Of a stretch of 64,000 nt of DNA, positions 13,837 through 22,437 are shown one piece after another. Within the stretch, counting starts at the first letter, position 1. Each line of letters begins with the position of its first letter. A program made the translations under genes and the position numbers. This stretch comes from Pseudovirgaria hyperparasitica (Eukaryota), in NCBI GenBank assembly GCA_010093815.1, contig ML996569.1; one strand, written 5' to 3'. The notes beneath the pieces are model-generated. The model saw only the letters and a list, made by a program, of their open reading frames with translations. It was not told the origin of the DNA and searched no databases.

Positions 13837-14316
13837 ATGGCTCGAAATAAGCATCACAGGTCCCGTGGTACCAAGGCTACATACACGTTCACATCTCTTC
13901 ACCAAAATATCCTTGAAGCCATATCATACGATATCAACCACGCCTGGTTTTGCGGGGCCAAGAATCGGCAGATTCCAGAAAACGAATATCAGACACATGT
14001 TATGGGCAAGTTTAGATGCGTCAATGTGGCCTGCGACGCTACATGTTGGAGTAGTAAGAAGGTGGCTATACTGATTCGAGGCTTCTCGAACAACGGCTAC
14101 AACGCTGAAGTCTTTGGTCAGCGTTGTAAATCATGCAATAATCTCGGCTTGCTGGAACTAGACGAGGAGTCTTACGTGGAGCGAGTGGCGTACAGGGTCA
14201 AAAAGTGGGCAGGAGTCCACGCGGAGCGTCCGGTATATAATGGAAAGGAAGGCCCGCCGCATGAGAGGAGTTTATGTGAAGGATGCAAGAGGGGGGTCTG
14301 CCGATTGGGAGACTAA
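13837..14316 (+). CDS. zf-3CxxC zinc-binding protein (RTP/ZAR1-like domain)
   Basis: GKFRCxxxxC...WSS...VFGQRCKSC...GPPHERSLCEGCKRGVC is the 3CxxC pattern; intronless; first ATG at 13837. Confidence 0.85.
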   Translation: MARNKHHRSRGTKATYTFTSLHQNILEAISYDINHAWFCGAKNRQIPENEYQTHVMGKFRCVNVACDATCWSSKKVAILIRGFSNNGYNAEVFGQRCKSCNNLGLLELDEESYVERVAYRVKKWAGVHAERPVYNGKEGPPHERSLCEGCKRGVCRLGD

Positions 14317-14789
14317 CGGGACCAAGATCAATGACTATGACATCGATCACACATGACTAACGAGCTATATGAAGAGGCAGGGTACAACACGAGACAACGG
14401 GAAAAGCTTTGGAAAGTGAAAAGACGCCAAATGAAGAGACCTAAATCAATCAGGGGGAGGGATGTAGGGGATTTTCGGACGTGGGAGTCAGGTGAAGAGA
14501 TTGGCCAAAGCTTAAATAAGTACACCAAAAGGTGTTTGCTTCTTCATGTTGGCTTGCTCGGATTTTGTTCCATATGACAGATGGTGGTTCCCTATGACAC
14601 ACAAAAAAACGCGCGATATTATGGAAGTTTAGATTGCTACACACCTCTTGTTATTTCACAGTTCTGCAGTGGGTCATTTGTATGAGCCCTAGCCTTGCCC
14701 TCTCACACGTGTCGAACTGTGTTATTATTATATAAATCGAAGACTCCATAACGAAAGACGCCTTTTCGACAGATTTCCAAGCTCATTAT

Positions 14790-15482
14790 ATGACAAGACT
14801 ATCGACTTCAAAATATCTGTCTAGTACCATCATGCCGACGAAAGCAACCAATCCCCCGAACATATACCTAATTGGTGCACAATGTACTGGAAAGACGACC
14901 CTGCTGGCAGCGCTACAAGCTTTCTTCTCTGATCCCAACAACCGTACCAGAAGCGAAGCTGGAGCATTCGACCCTCCAGCTATAATCCCCGAGGTTGTAC
15001 GCGAAGTCATGGAACTTGAAGGCTTCTCTGCCAGCGATATTAAGGATACCAGATGGCAAATCCTACAGCGTCTCACGCTGGAGGCGCAGTGTTTGGCCGA
15101 GGAAAAGCTCACCGACCAATGGTACATTTCTGACCGTTCTGGATTAGACCCAATTATCTATGCACAACTTCAGGAGACGAACGACGCGCAGGCAATGAAA
15201 GAGTCAGCTAGCTGGGCGGCATCGCAGCAACGGATGAAAAATAGTCTCGTCATCCTATGTGAAGCTGGTAACCCAGACTGGTTCAAGTTGGACACTGCCC
15301 GAATCTCCCATTCGGAATCGCATAACTGGCATAATATGCATACGAGATACATCACTCTTCTAGAGGAGACCGATATCAAATTTTTTCTCCTGGAAAAGTC
15401 AATTACGAAGATTGGTGAGAGGGTCAATTTCGTTATTCGGAAGTTTGAGAGAATGTACACCGAAACGGATACCAGTGCATGA
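14790..15482 (+). CDS. AAA_28 (NadR-type) P-loop NTPase, nucleoside/nucleotide-kinase-like
   Basis: IYLIGAQCTGKTTL P-loop, PEVVRE, and ISDRSGLDPIIY (DRSxxDxxxY, typical of this kinase group); intronless. Confidence 0.75.
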   Translation: MTRLSTSKYLSSTIMPTKATNPPNIYLIGAQCTGKTTLLAALQAFFSDPNNRTRSEAGAFDPPAIIPEVVREVMELEGFSASDIKDTRWQILQRLTLEAQCLAEEKLTDQWYISDRSGLDPIIYAQLQETNDAQAMKESASWAASQQRMKNSLVILCEAGNPDWFKLDTARISHSESHNWHNMHTRYITLLEETDIKFFLLEKSITKIGERVNFVIRKFERMYTETDTSA

Positions 15483-16409
15483 GACATAACGCAATCGGCT
15501 AGTCTTGTCAATATAGATTGCTTGTGTCATCTACAAAGTGATCACGCCTGCAGGCCGCCAACTTGCCGTTAGGTTTTCTGACGAAAAAGGCTTACAGAGG
15601 ACTTCTGCTTTATATAGAATTCAATCTCAAATTCGTTTTTCGAGTGCTCTCCGCTTTCTGAGTCTAAAGAATGATGCTAGAAGTCTCCAACAGGTGCTGT
15701 TACCAACTGCTCTAAATCTATCTCACTAGCTTTGTGACTGAGGTCCATTAAATTAAGAACTATAAGGTACGTGCCATCCATTTTTCAAGACCTACTATCG
15801 TAATCAAATGACAATGCTTTATGGGGGCTAGGCTTCTCTATACTCTCGTGGCATTTAGAGACGTCGCCCACGTAGCGATGGATCATCGTGTCATGGTAAA
15901 TCATAAGGCCATACATTATAGATCTAGTATACGTCTCTATGGGACGATGCTTTTGTTTCTACATTGACTTCTAATTCTCTACCTTTCTCTGATAAACCTC
16001 AAACGTTTACATGATGGTTAGTGTCGTTATCGTAGCATATACTAATATAAGTCTTTCGACTTATGCAACATAGACTCTCGCATGACGGAGCTCTAGCGTC
16101 TAAATACAATTTTGGAATGTTAGAATCACATAGTTTGTACTGAAGTTTTAACATTCATGAAGTAATTAGAGCGTATGCTAATGTCCGAGTAGTAGTATAG
16201 AGGACTTGAATATGTGGTTTTACGAAACATAGCGGAGAAGAAAGTACTTTAATGGTTATTGTTCTTGTTCTCTAGGCTATTGGTAATAGACATCCTCATC
16301 GTCTCGACCCCTAGTCCATAGCATTTGCCTTATGATTCGTTCAACGACATCATGATACGTTGTCTTCCAGTTTGCATAGCCTTCTCAATGTTCCTAAATT
16401 CTCCACGGT

Positions 16410-17105
16410 CTAATTGTCACGGTCGGGATCAAGAACAGTCTCCCTAAGTGCCGATAACAGTTTCTGGTAGGTGGCATTAACATCACCACTTGAGTCGACC
16501 TAAACGTGAGTTAGTGATTGAAACACATGAGAAAAAGGACAACAAAGTCACCGTGACAAGAATTCCCCTATGATTATATTCCGCAAGGATCGGACTGTTG
16601 AGCCTAACGAACTCTTTGTATCTCTTCTTAAAAACGTCTGTTGTATCGTTACGTCCGGGGATGGCTCTGGTCAGATAACGCTGATGAACCAAAGGCTCTT
16701 CGCACTGAAGATGTAGCACCAGGTCAGGGGCCCTGAAACACTTTTCCATATGGAGAGCCTGGTTCAATTCCCGCGGAAAGCCGTCCAAAAGCACCACTTT
16801 AGCTCCGTTAGAGTAAAGGGTATTGATAGCTCTAGTCATTATTGGTTCTAGGTCCGTGATATCTAGTAGCTCGTTGTCGGCAATGCAATTCATGACTTCT
16901 TTGGAAATAGTGTCACTATCGGAAGCAACCATCTCTCGAAGATGATCCCCGATCGACAAGTGGGAGTAGCCAAAATCATCTCTGAGTTTGTGGCAAAGGC
17001 TACCTTTGCCAGAGCCTGGGGCCCCTGAAAGTCCAAATTAATGAGTGTAACTTGGTGGACGGAAATCATATGCTTACCGATCACAAAGACAAGGTACTTC
17101 GTCAT
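16410..17105 (-). CDS. Adenylate-kinase-family nucleoside monophosphate kinase (UMP/CMP-kinase-like)
   Basis: Intron 17025-17077 gives MTKYLVFVIGAPGSGKGSLC...HLSIGDHLRE. Also LLDGFPRELNQA and a short LID (R...GRNDT...KKRY) as in UMP-CMP kinases. A second intron near 16500-16550 gives the C-terminus VDSSGDV...DRDN*. Confidence 0.85.
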
Positions 17106-17770
17106 GTTTGATGAAAAATAAGTTTGAAAGAGGAACTGATTGGTAACGGAAATGGGATTGATTGATACTGCCAATCTTGTGAGGAGGTGACGTGTAAGAA
17201 TAGAACGCCCAAATCGCGCTTGAGGATACTATAATTTGAGTACGGACTGGGGTGTCGGGTAGAAACCAAGCAGAAGTGGAGCTCCCCGTAGGGGAAGGAA
17301 GGAAACTATAGAGCAGAATAGGCTACTTGCCTGGTGAAGAAGGTCTAAAACCTGTTTGTCAGCTGGAGCAGGGGAAGAGCATGAGCTCAAGTCGTACAAG
17401 ATCAAGCTTACCGTCACGTTTGGTCATCTTTGCTATTCTGAGTGAAGCGCCGACAGAATTGGGGGCATGACAAGTAATGACGAGTGTACAATACCAGATG
17501 AACCTTTCTATGTTACAGCCGCAAACGTTTCTAACCTGAACAGTACTTATTGTGTTGGTTACGTTAGAGGATGACGTGCTATTGACGAAAGCTTTGGCAA
17601 GCAATCACTCTTTCTCTGCATGGTGTTTGGCGGTCAGATTACAAATCGTTCATCCTACACTAATGTGCGTGAAGCAAGAGATATATAATACTGTCCCTTG
17701 CCCAGAGGCCGGCGTTCTCTTGCTATATTGACTTTGCGCCATCGAAGAACGATACACACTGAGCGTTTCC

Positions 17771-18796
17771 ATGAACACAATGATCTCAATTTATCTTGCT
17801 GGAGCGATCTTCTTCGCCGTCCTTCTCTCCATCTTTCTCTTTCCAGGACACGGGCATTCGTCTGCACTTTGGTCTGTACATTCGAAGGTTAATTTGGATA
17901 CGGACAGTGTACCGGTCTCCGTCAACTATCATTTCACTCGAAAATGTAACATGACTTGCGGGTTCTGTTTCCACACTGCCACAACATCAGACATGCAGAG
18001 CACCGAAAAGGCTATGCAGGGTATCAAGGCCCTCAAAGACGCGGGGATGCGCAAAATCAACTTTGCTGGAGGCGAGCCATTCCTCTACCCAAAGTTCCTT
18101 GGGACGATCATCGATTACTGCAAAGATATCAAAGTTGAATCTGTCTCTATTGTCAGCAACGGCAGTAAGGTTACACGACGATTCCTCGAGAAGCACGGGA
18201 AGCACATTGACATCCTTGCCATTTCCTGTGATTCATTCGACGAGCCGACTAATATCAAGATCGGTCGCGGAACAGGCAACAACGTAGAGCAGCTATACAG
18301 AGTCAAGGAATGGTGCAAGGAGTTTGGAATCAAGTTCAAGCTCAACACTGTAGTGTGCAACCTCAATTGGCAGGAGGATATGAACAAGCATATTTCGGCG
18401 CTGGCCCCCTTTCGGTGGAAATGCTTCCAAGTCCTCATCGTCAATGGAGAAAACGACTCACCCGAGCGACTACGTGACGCCACTAATTTTCTAATCACGA
18501 ATGAACAATATCAGCAGTTCATCACAAGGCACGCGGGTCAAAAGTCAATAGTTCCAGAATCAAACCGTGTCATGGCTAAGTCTTACCTTATCCTTGACGA
18601 ATACATGCGGTTCCTGGATCGTGATGGACGGCAACCTTCCAAGTCTATCCTGGAGGTGGGGGTACAGAAAGCACTCAAGAGTGTCTTCTGGGACGTAGAA
18701 AGCTTCAAGGAGCGCGGAGGGATATATGACTGGCAGGCTACTGGCTCGAGTTGTGGCTCAGTTGAACAGAGTGACCAGAAGGAATTGGACTGGTGA
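17771..18796 (+). CDS. RSAD2: Viperin / radical SAM ddhNTP synthase
   Basis: SVNYHFTRKCNMTCGFCFHT (CxxxCxxC), KINFAGGEPF, SIVSNGS, DILAISCDSF, FKLNTVV, RWKCFQ, SYLILDEYMRFL, FKERGGIYDW and terminal LDW. N-terminal hydrophobic anchor; intronless. Confidence 0.97.
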   Translation: MNTMISIYLAGAIFFAVLLSIFLFPGHGHSSALWSVHSKVNLDTDSVPVSVNYHFTRKCNMTCGFCFHTATTSDMQSTEKAMQGIKALKDAGMRKINFAGGEPFLYPKFLGTIIDYCKDIKVESVSIVSNGSKVTRRFLEKHGKHIDILAISCDSFDEPTNIKIGRGTGNNVEQLYRVKEWCKEFGIKFKLNTVVCNLNWQEDMNKHISALAPFRWKCFQVLIVNGENDSPERLRDATNFLITNEQYQQFITRHAGQKSIVPESNRVMAKSYLILDEYMRFLDRDGRQPSKSILEVGVQKALKSVFWDVESFKERGGIYDWQATGSSCGSVEQSDQKELDW

Positions 18797-19829
18797 GCTT
18801 CTGTGCAAAACTCCGGAAGGGTATTTGACAGACCGAGAACCGATCGAATCGGAATCGTGGAAGAAATAATAGTCCCTGCCACGATGATCGGGTCCATGAG
18901 TCCAGTGACAGCTTTTACTAGTGGCTAGTCTACATGCGTATATTGTACACAGCGTTCCTGGGTTTGATATGGTAGCTAAACTTTGTTTCCACTGACTTTA
19001 GTGGGCTCATAGTCCAGTATTTGGTGCTCCCATTGGATACCAATTTTGTAATGGCATAGGCTCTGGAGAGTCAAGCCAAGTAGTGACTTTTGAGCTATAG
19101 GTGATGAATCTACCGGTGTTGGTCAAGCTCTGTGTAATAGCGAGTCAATCTAGTGCGTTATTTGGGTGTGGGAGCTTTACAAACCATTATATTGCACGAC
19201 TGGAAAGGGAGAGAGGTTATGGTCGGTTGAGTGAGTTTGCTTCTTCACGACTGTGAGACTCAACTTTGAGATTCTGCCTTGTTCACCACTGCGAGAAGTT
19301 GGCCGAATGTCTGGTGACAAGGATTTCGTCTTAGTCAATATCAAGCATCCCTGCTTTCCTTGCCGTTGAGATTGGATCAAACTCCGGAATGATGGAAATT
19401 TGTATAGCCTGTGACGGGTTTGATGGGCAGGCATCCTACCACATTTGGCAAGAGCCTTGGTTTTCTATTGTTCCTTGTAATATCCGAGCCCATGAAGCTT
19501 AGACTGCGGGGGGCTGTGTTACATCCTGTAAGCTTCACTACCAACTGTTTGTGCGGCCCACTAGCCGGCTCATAAAGACCAATTTCAGCCATGCAGTTGT
19601 GACCAAAGCAAAGCTAGGCGCAGCATGGCAATTCACAATTGCAAGCCAGTTGCATGTTTCCACCTTAAGAGTGTTTACCTGATCACACAAGTTCACGCAC
19701 AAGGATCTATAAGAACTCTATGGTCCCCCATCCGCCCTCTATACTCCACCAATCCTCAACGTAAGGCTATCATCATCACATTCACACTTTTCAAGCCCTC
19801 TAGAATCCAAAGAAAGCTCGTACACAATC

Positions 19830-21839
19830 ATGTCTCTCGAGAAGCCTGTCATCATTGGCATCTATGGGCTACCTGGAGCCGGCAAATCATATCTCATGAG
19901 GCAGCTCAAGGAGAAGCTCAGTGAGACCGACTTCCTCTTCTTTGAAGGTTCGGAAGTGATTGCAACTTTAACCCCGGGAGGTCTCGATGCCTTCAAGCGA
20001 CTCAGTCAGGAGGACCAGACCAAGTATCGACATGCTGCGGGAATCTCTATCAAAGAGCAGTGCAAGTCTCTCAAAGCAGTCGGGGTTGTCACGGGTCACT
20101 TCATGTTCTGGAGTGGAGGTGAGGAGGAGGCGAATGAGGTCTGGACTGCTGCTGATGCAGAAACCTTTTCCCACATTATCTATCTGGACGAGATCACATC
20201 CGTCATCTCCACAAGACGACAGAATGACACTGTCAGAGACCGTGAAAATGTATGTCTCGACCATATCCACCGCTGGAAGGAGACTGAAGAGGATCGACTT
20301 CGCAAGCTCTGTGGAACCCACGGCATAATTTTCACCAGAGCCTTTCCTTATCCGGATATGCTACAGAGAGTCGTCCCATTGATTCAAGACTTCGCCACAC
20401 ATACGGAGGCTCGCAACCTTGAAAAGGCGTCTGCCAAGCTCGACATGGCCCTCTCTGAAAGTGATGGCAAACTCGACACACTTGTCGTTATCGACGGTGA
20501 CAAAACTCTGGCTCCACAAGATGCTGGTCAGATGTTCTGGGACCGCTACTGTATTCAGAAGCTGTCCTGGAAGGAAGCCTGGACCCCAACATCAGTTCAT
20601 TCAGGGCCTCTTGGTTACTCATATGAGGCCTTCCGACAAGTCGCACTGCTTCATGATGAAGCACTTGGTCAGAAAGATTTCGACGATCTCTGCGACTCCA
20701 TAGCGAAGGATGTTGACTGTCATCCTGAGTTTGTTTCCTTGCTCAAAGAGATATCCAACTCTACTCATACACGCGCAGTTGTTTTAACGTGTGGTCTGAG
20801 CCGCGTGTGGGAGACTGTACTGAAAAAGTTGGAATTAGGTGCCAAAGTCAACGTCATCGGTGGCGGACGGTTGTCCCATGATCTTGTAATCACACCAGAA
20901 GTCAAACGATCGCTCGTGCTTCATGCTCAGAAGCAGCGTGGTCTCTTCGTTGTGGCCTTCGGAGACAGTCCCCTCGACATACCGATGCTATGCCAGGCCG
21001 ATAAAGCTGTTATAATTGTTGGCGACGAAAAAACTCGAAGCCGATCTATGGATACTAATCTCACGTCTATTCTCGAGAATGATGAGTACAGGCTCAACGC
21101 TGTACAGATACCCCTGCCTCCAGAAGTAGTACCACGTCTGGACGTGAACAAACTCCCAGTCATCAATTTCGACAACCTTGAGCTTAATCGCGCTATCTTC
21201 CATTCAGGTACAGGTCTTAAACTTCATCATGCGACATCCAATGCAGCCGCTAAAGTACTTGCGACATCAATGCGAGATGCATCTGTCGGCGGTCCAGAGC
21301 TTCGCGAAAGACATCGCCGAGCAGGATTCTACTTGGCCGCCCAATTCGTGTCCAAGATCGTTGGACTTGAGGAATGCGAGATCCGACATGTACTCGGTCA
21401 TCAAGACCACGGTTATTGCCTCCTTCATGAGAGAAAGACTCTAATTGTCCCCCTGATGCGTGGAGGAGAACCGATGGCCTTTGGTGTGAACGATGTCTTC
21501 CCGAAGGCTAGTTTCGTCCACGCTAAAAATCCACCCGATATCACTGAGCTTCATCTACAGGATTGCTCTACCGTAATTTTAGTTGACTCCGTTATCAATA
21601 CCGGAAAGTCTCTCGTTGAATTCGTTACCCATGTCCGCGGTATCAACACCAAAGTCCGCATAGTAGTAGTCGCAGGGGTGATCCAGGCCGATGCGATTGC
21701 GAAGAGTAGTCTTCTTGCTGAGCTCCCTAAGGACTTCCGTCTCGAAGTCATTGGCTTGCGTCTTTCTAAGACGAAGTTCACTGGACAGGGAACTACCGAC
21801 ACTGGGAACCGCTTGTTCAACACCACTCACCTCGACTAA
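19830..21839 (+). CDS. Three-domain fusion: P-loop kinase + HAD phosphatase + uracil-phosphoribosyltransferase-like domain
   Basis: GIYGLPGAGKS (P-loop); VIDGDKTL and AFGDSPLDIPML (HAD motifs I and IV); PLMRGGEPM, VILVDSVINTGKS (PRPP loop) and TDTGNRLFNT (resembles the UPRT C-terminus GDxGDRLFGT); intronless. Confidence 0.88.
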   Translation: MSLEKPVIIGIYGLPGAGKSYLMRQLKEKLSETDFLFFEGSEVIATLTPGGLDAFKRLSQEDQTKYRHAAGISIKEQCKSLKAVGVVTGHFMFWSGGEEEANEVWTAADAETFSHIIYLDEITSVISTRRQNDTVRDRENVCLDHIHRWKETEEDRLRKLCGTHGIIFTRAFPYPDMLQRVVPLIQDFATHTEARNLEKASAKLDMALSESDGKLDTLVVIDGDKTLAPQDAGQMFWDRYCIQKLSWKEAWTPTSVHSGPLGYSYEAFRQVALLHDEALGQKDFDDLCDSIAKDVDCHPEFVSLLKEISNSTHTRAVVLTCGLSRVWETVLKKLELGAKVNVIGGGRLSHDLVITPEVKRSLVLHAQKQRGLFVVAFGDSPLDIPMLCQADKAVIIVGDEKTRSRSMDTNLTSILENDEYRLNAVQIPLPPEVVPRLDVNKLPVINFDNLELNRAIFHSGTGLKLHHATSNAAAKVLATSMRDASVGGPELRERHRRAGFYLAAQFVSKIVGLEECEIRHVLGHQDHGYCLLHERKTLIVPLMRGGEPMAFGVNDVFPKASFVHAKNPPDITELHLQDCSTVILVDSVINTGKSLVEFVTHVRGINTKVRIVVVAGVIQADAIAKSSLLAELPKDFRLEVIGLRLSKTKFTGQGTTDTGNRLFNTTHLD

Positions 21840-21957
21840 GCATCACGTCATTAGGAGTTGCAACGAGATCACTTCTAGATCGGGCTATTGACTGGTTCGC
21901 AGGATATGGTGATGTCTTCGTATCTATCATTCTATATCGTCTCTCCGTAGAGATAGA

Positions 21958-22437
21958 CTAAGGAAATAAAGGCCAAATGCGTCTCAAGCGTCGTGCAACT
22001 GTGACAAACTCCTGCACGTCCATTTCATGCCGACGTGCAACTGCCTCCAGCTTTTCATCCTTGCTCGCGTTCGTGACTTCGTTCACAGCTCCCTTTCGAC
22101 CACTTTTGCAAAGCCAGGCTGTCATTTTGTAAAATCCGTATCGAGAAGTGTATTTGGCGACCATGTACAGATGTACTAAGGAAGGACGAAGGTTGTCATT
22201 GAACTGGGGCTGAGAAAGATCGAATCCATCGTGGCGTGCGCGATACACCAAGAAGATGACATCGCTCGTCTCGCTGTACTTCTCGAGTCGGGTCTGAGCT
22301 TCGTGTAGCTCTTCAACTTCCTCGTGGAGGCGATTCTGGTGCCATGACAAGTCAGACTGTCGAGGAAGCTTGAGAATTGATAACCATCGCATGAAGATGC
22401 GTTCTTTGAGCGATTTGTAGGAGGATATCGGGCGCAT
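21958..22437 (-). CDS. MazG-like all-alpha NTP pyrophosphohydrolase-domain protein
   Basis: RLHEEVEELHEA...SETSDVIF fits the EExxE...ExxD metal-binding motif; first ATG at 22437. Confidence 0.6.
   Translation of the reverse strand: MRPISSYKSLKERIFMRWLSILKLPRQSDLSWHQNRLHEEVEELHEAQTRLEKYSETSDVIFLVYRARHDGFDLSQPQFNDNLRPSLVHLYMVAKYTSRYGFYKMTAWLCKSGRKGAVNEVTNASKDEKLEAVARRHEMDVQEFVTVARRLRRIWPLFP

Noticed and set aside
15500..16400. AT/TpA-rich spacer, possibly a RIP-degraded transposon
   Set aside because: No terminal repeats or transposase remnants recognisable; compatible with a convergent terminator region.
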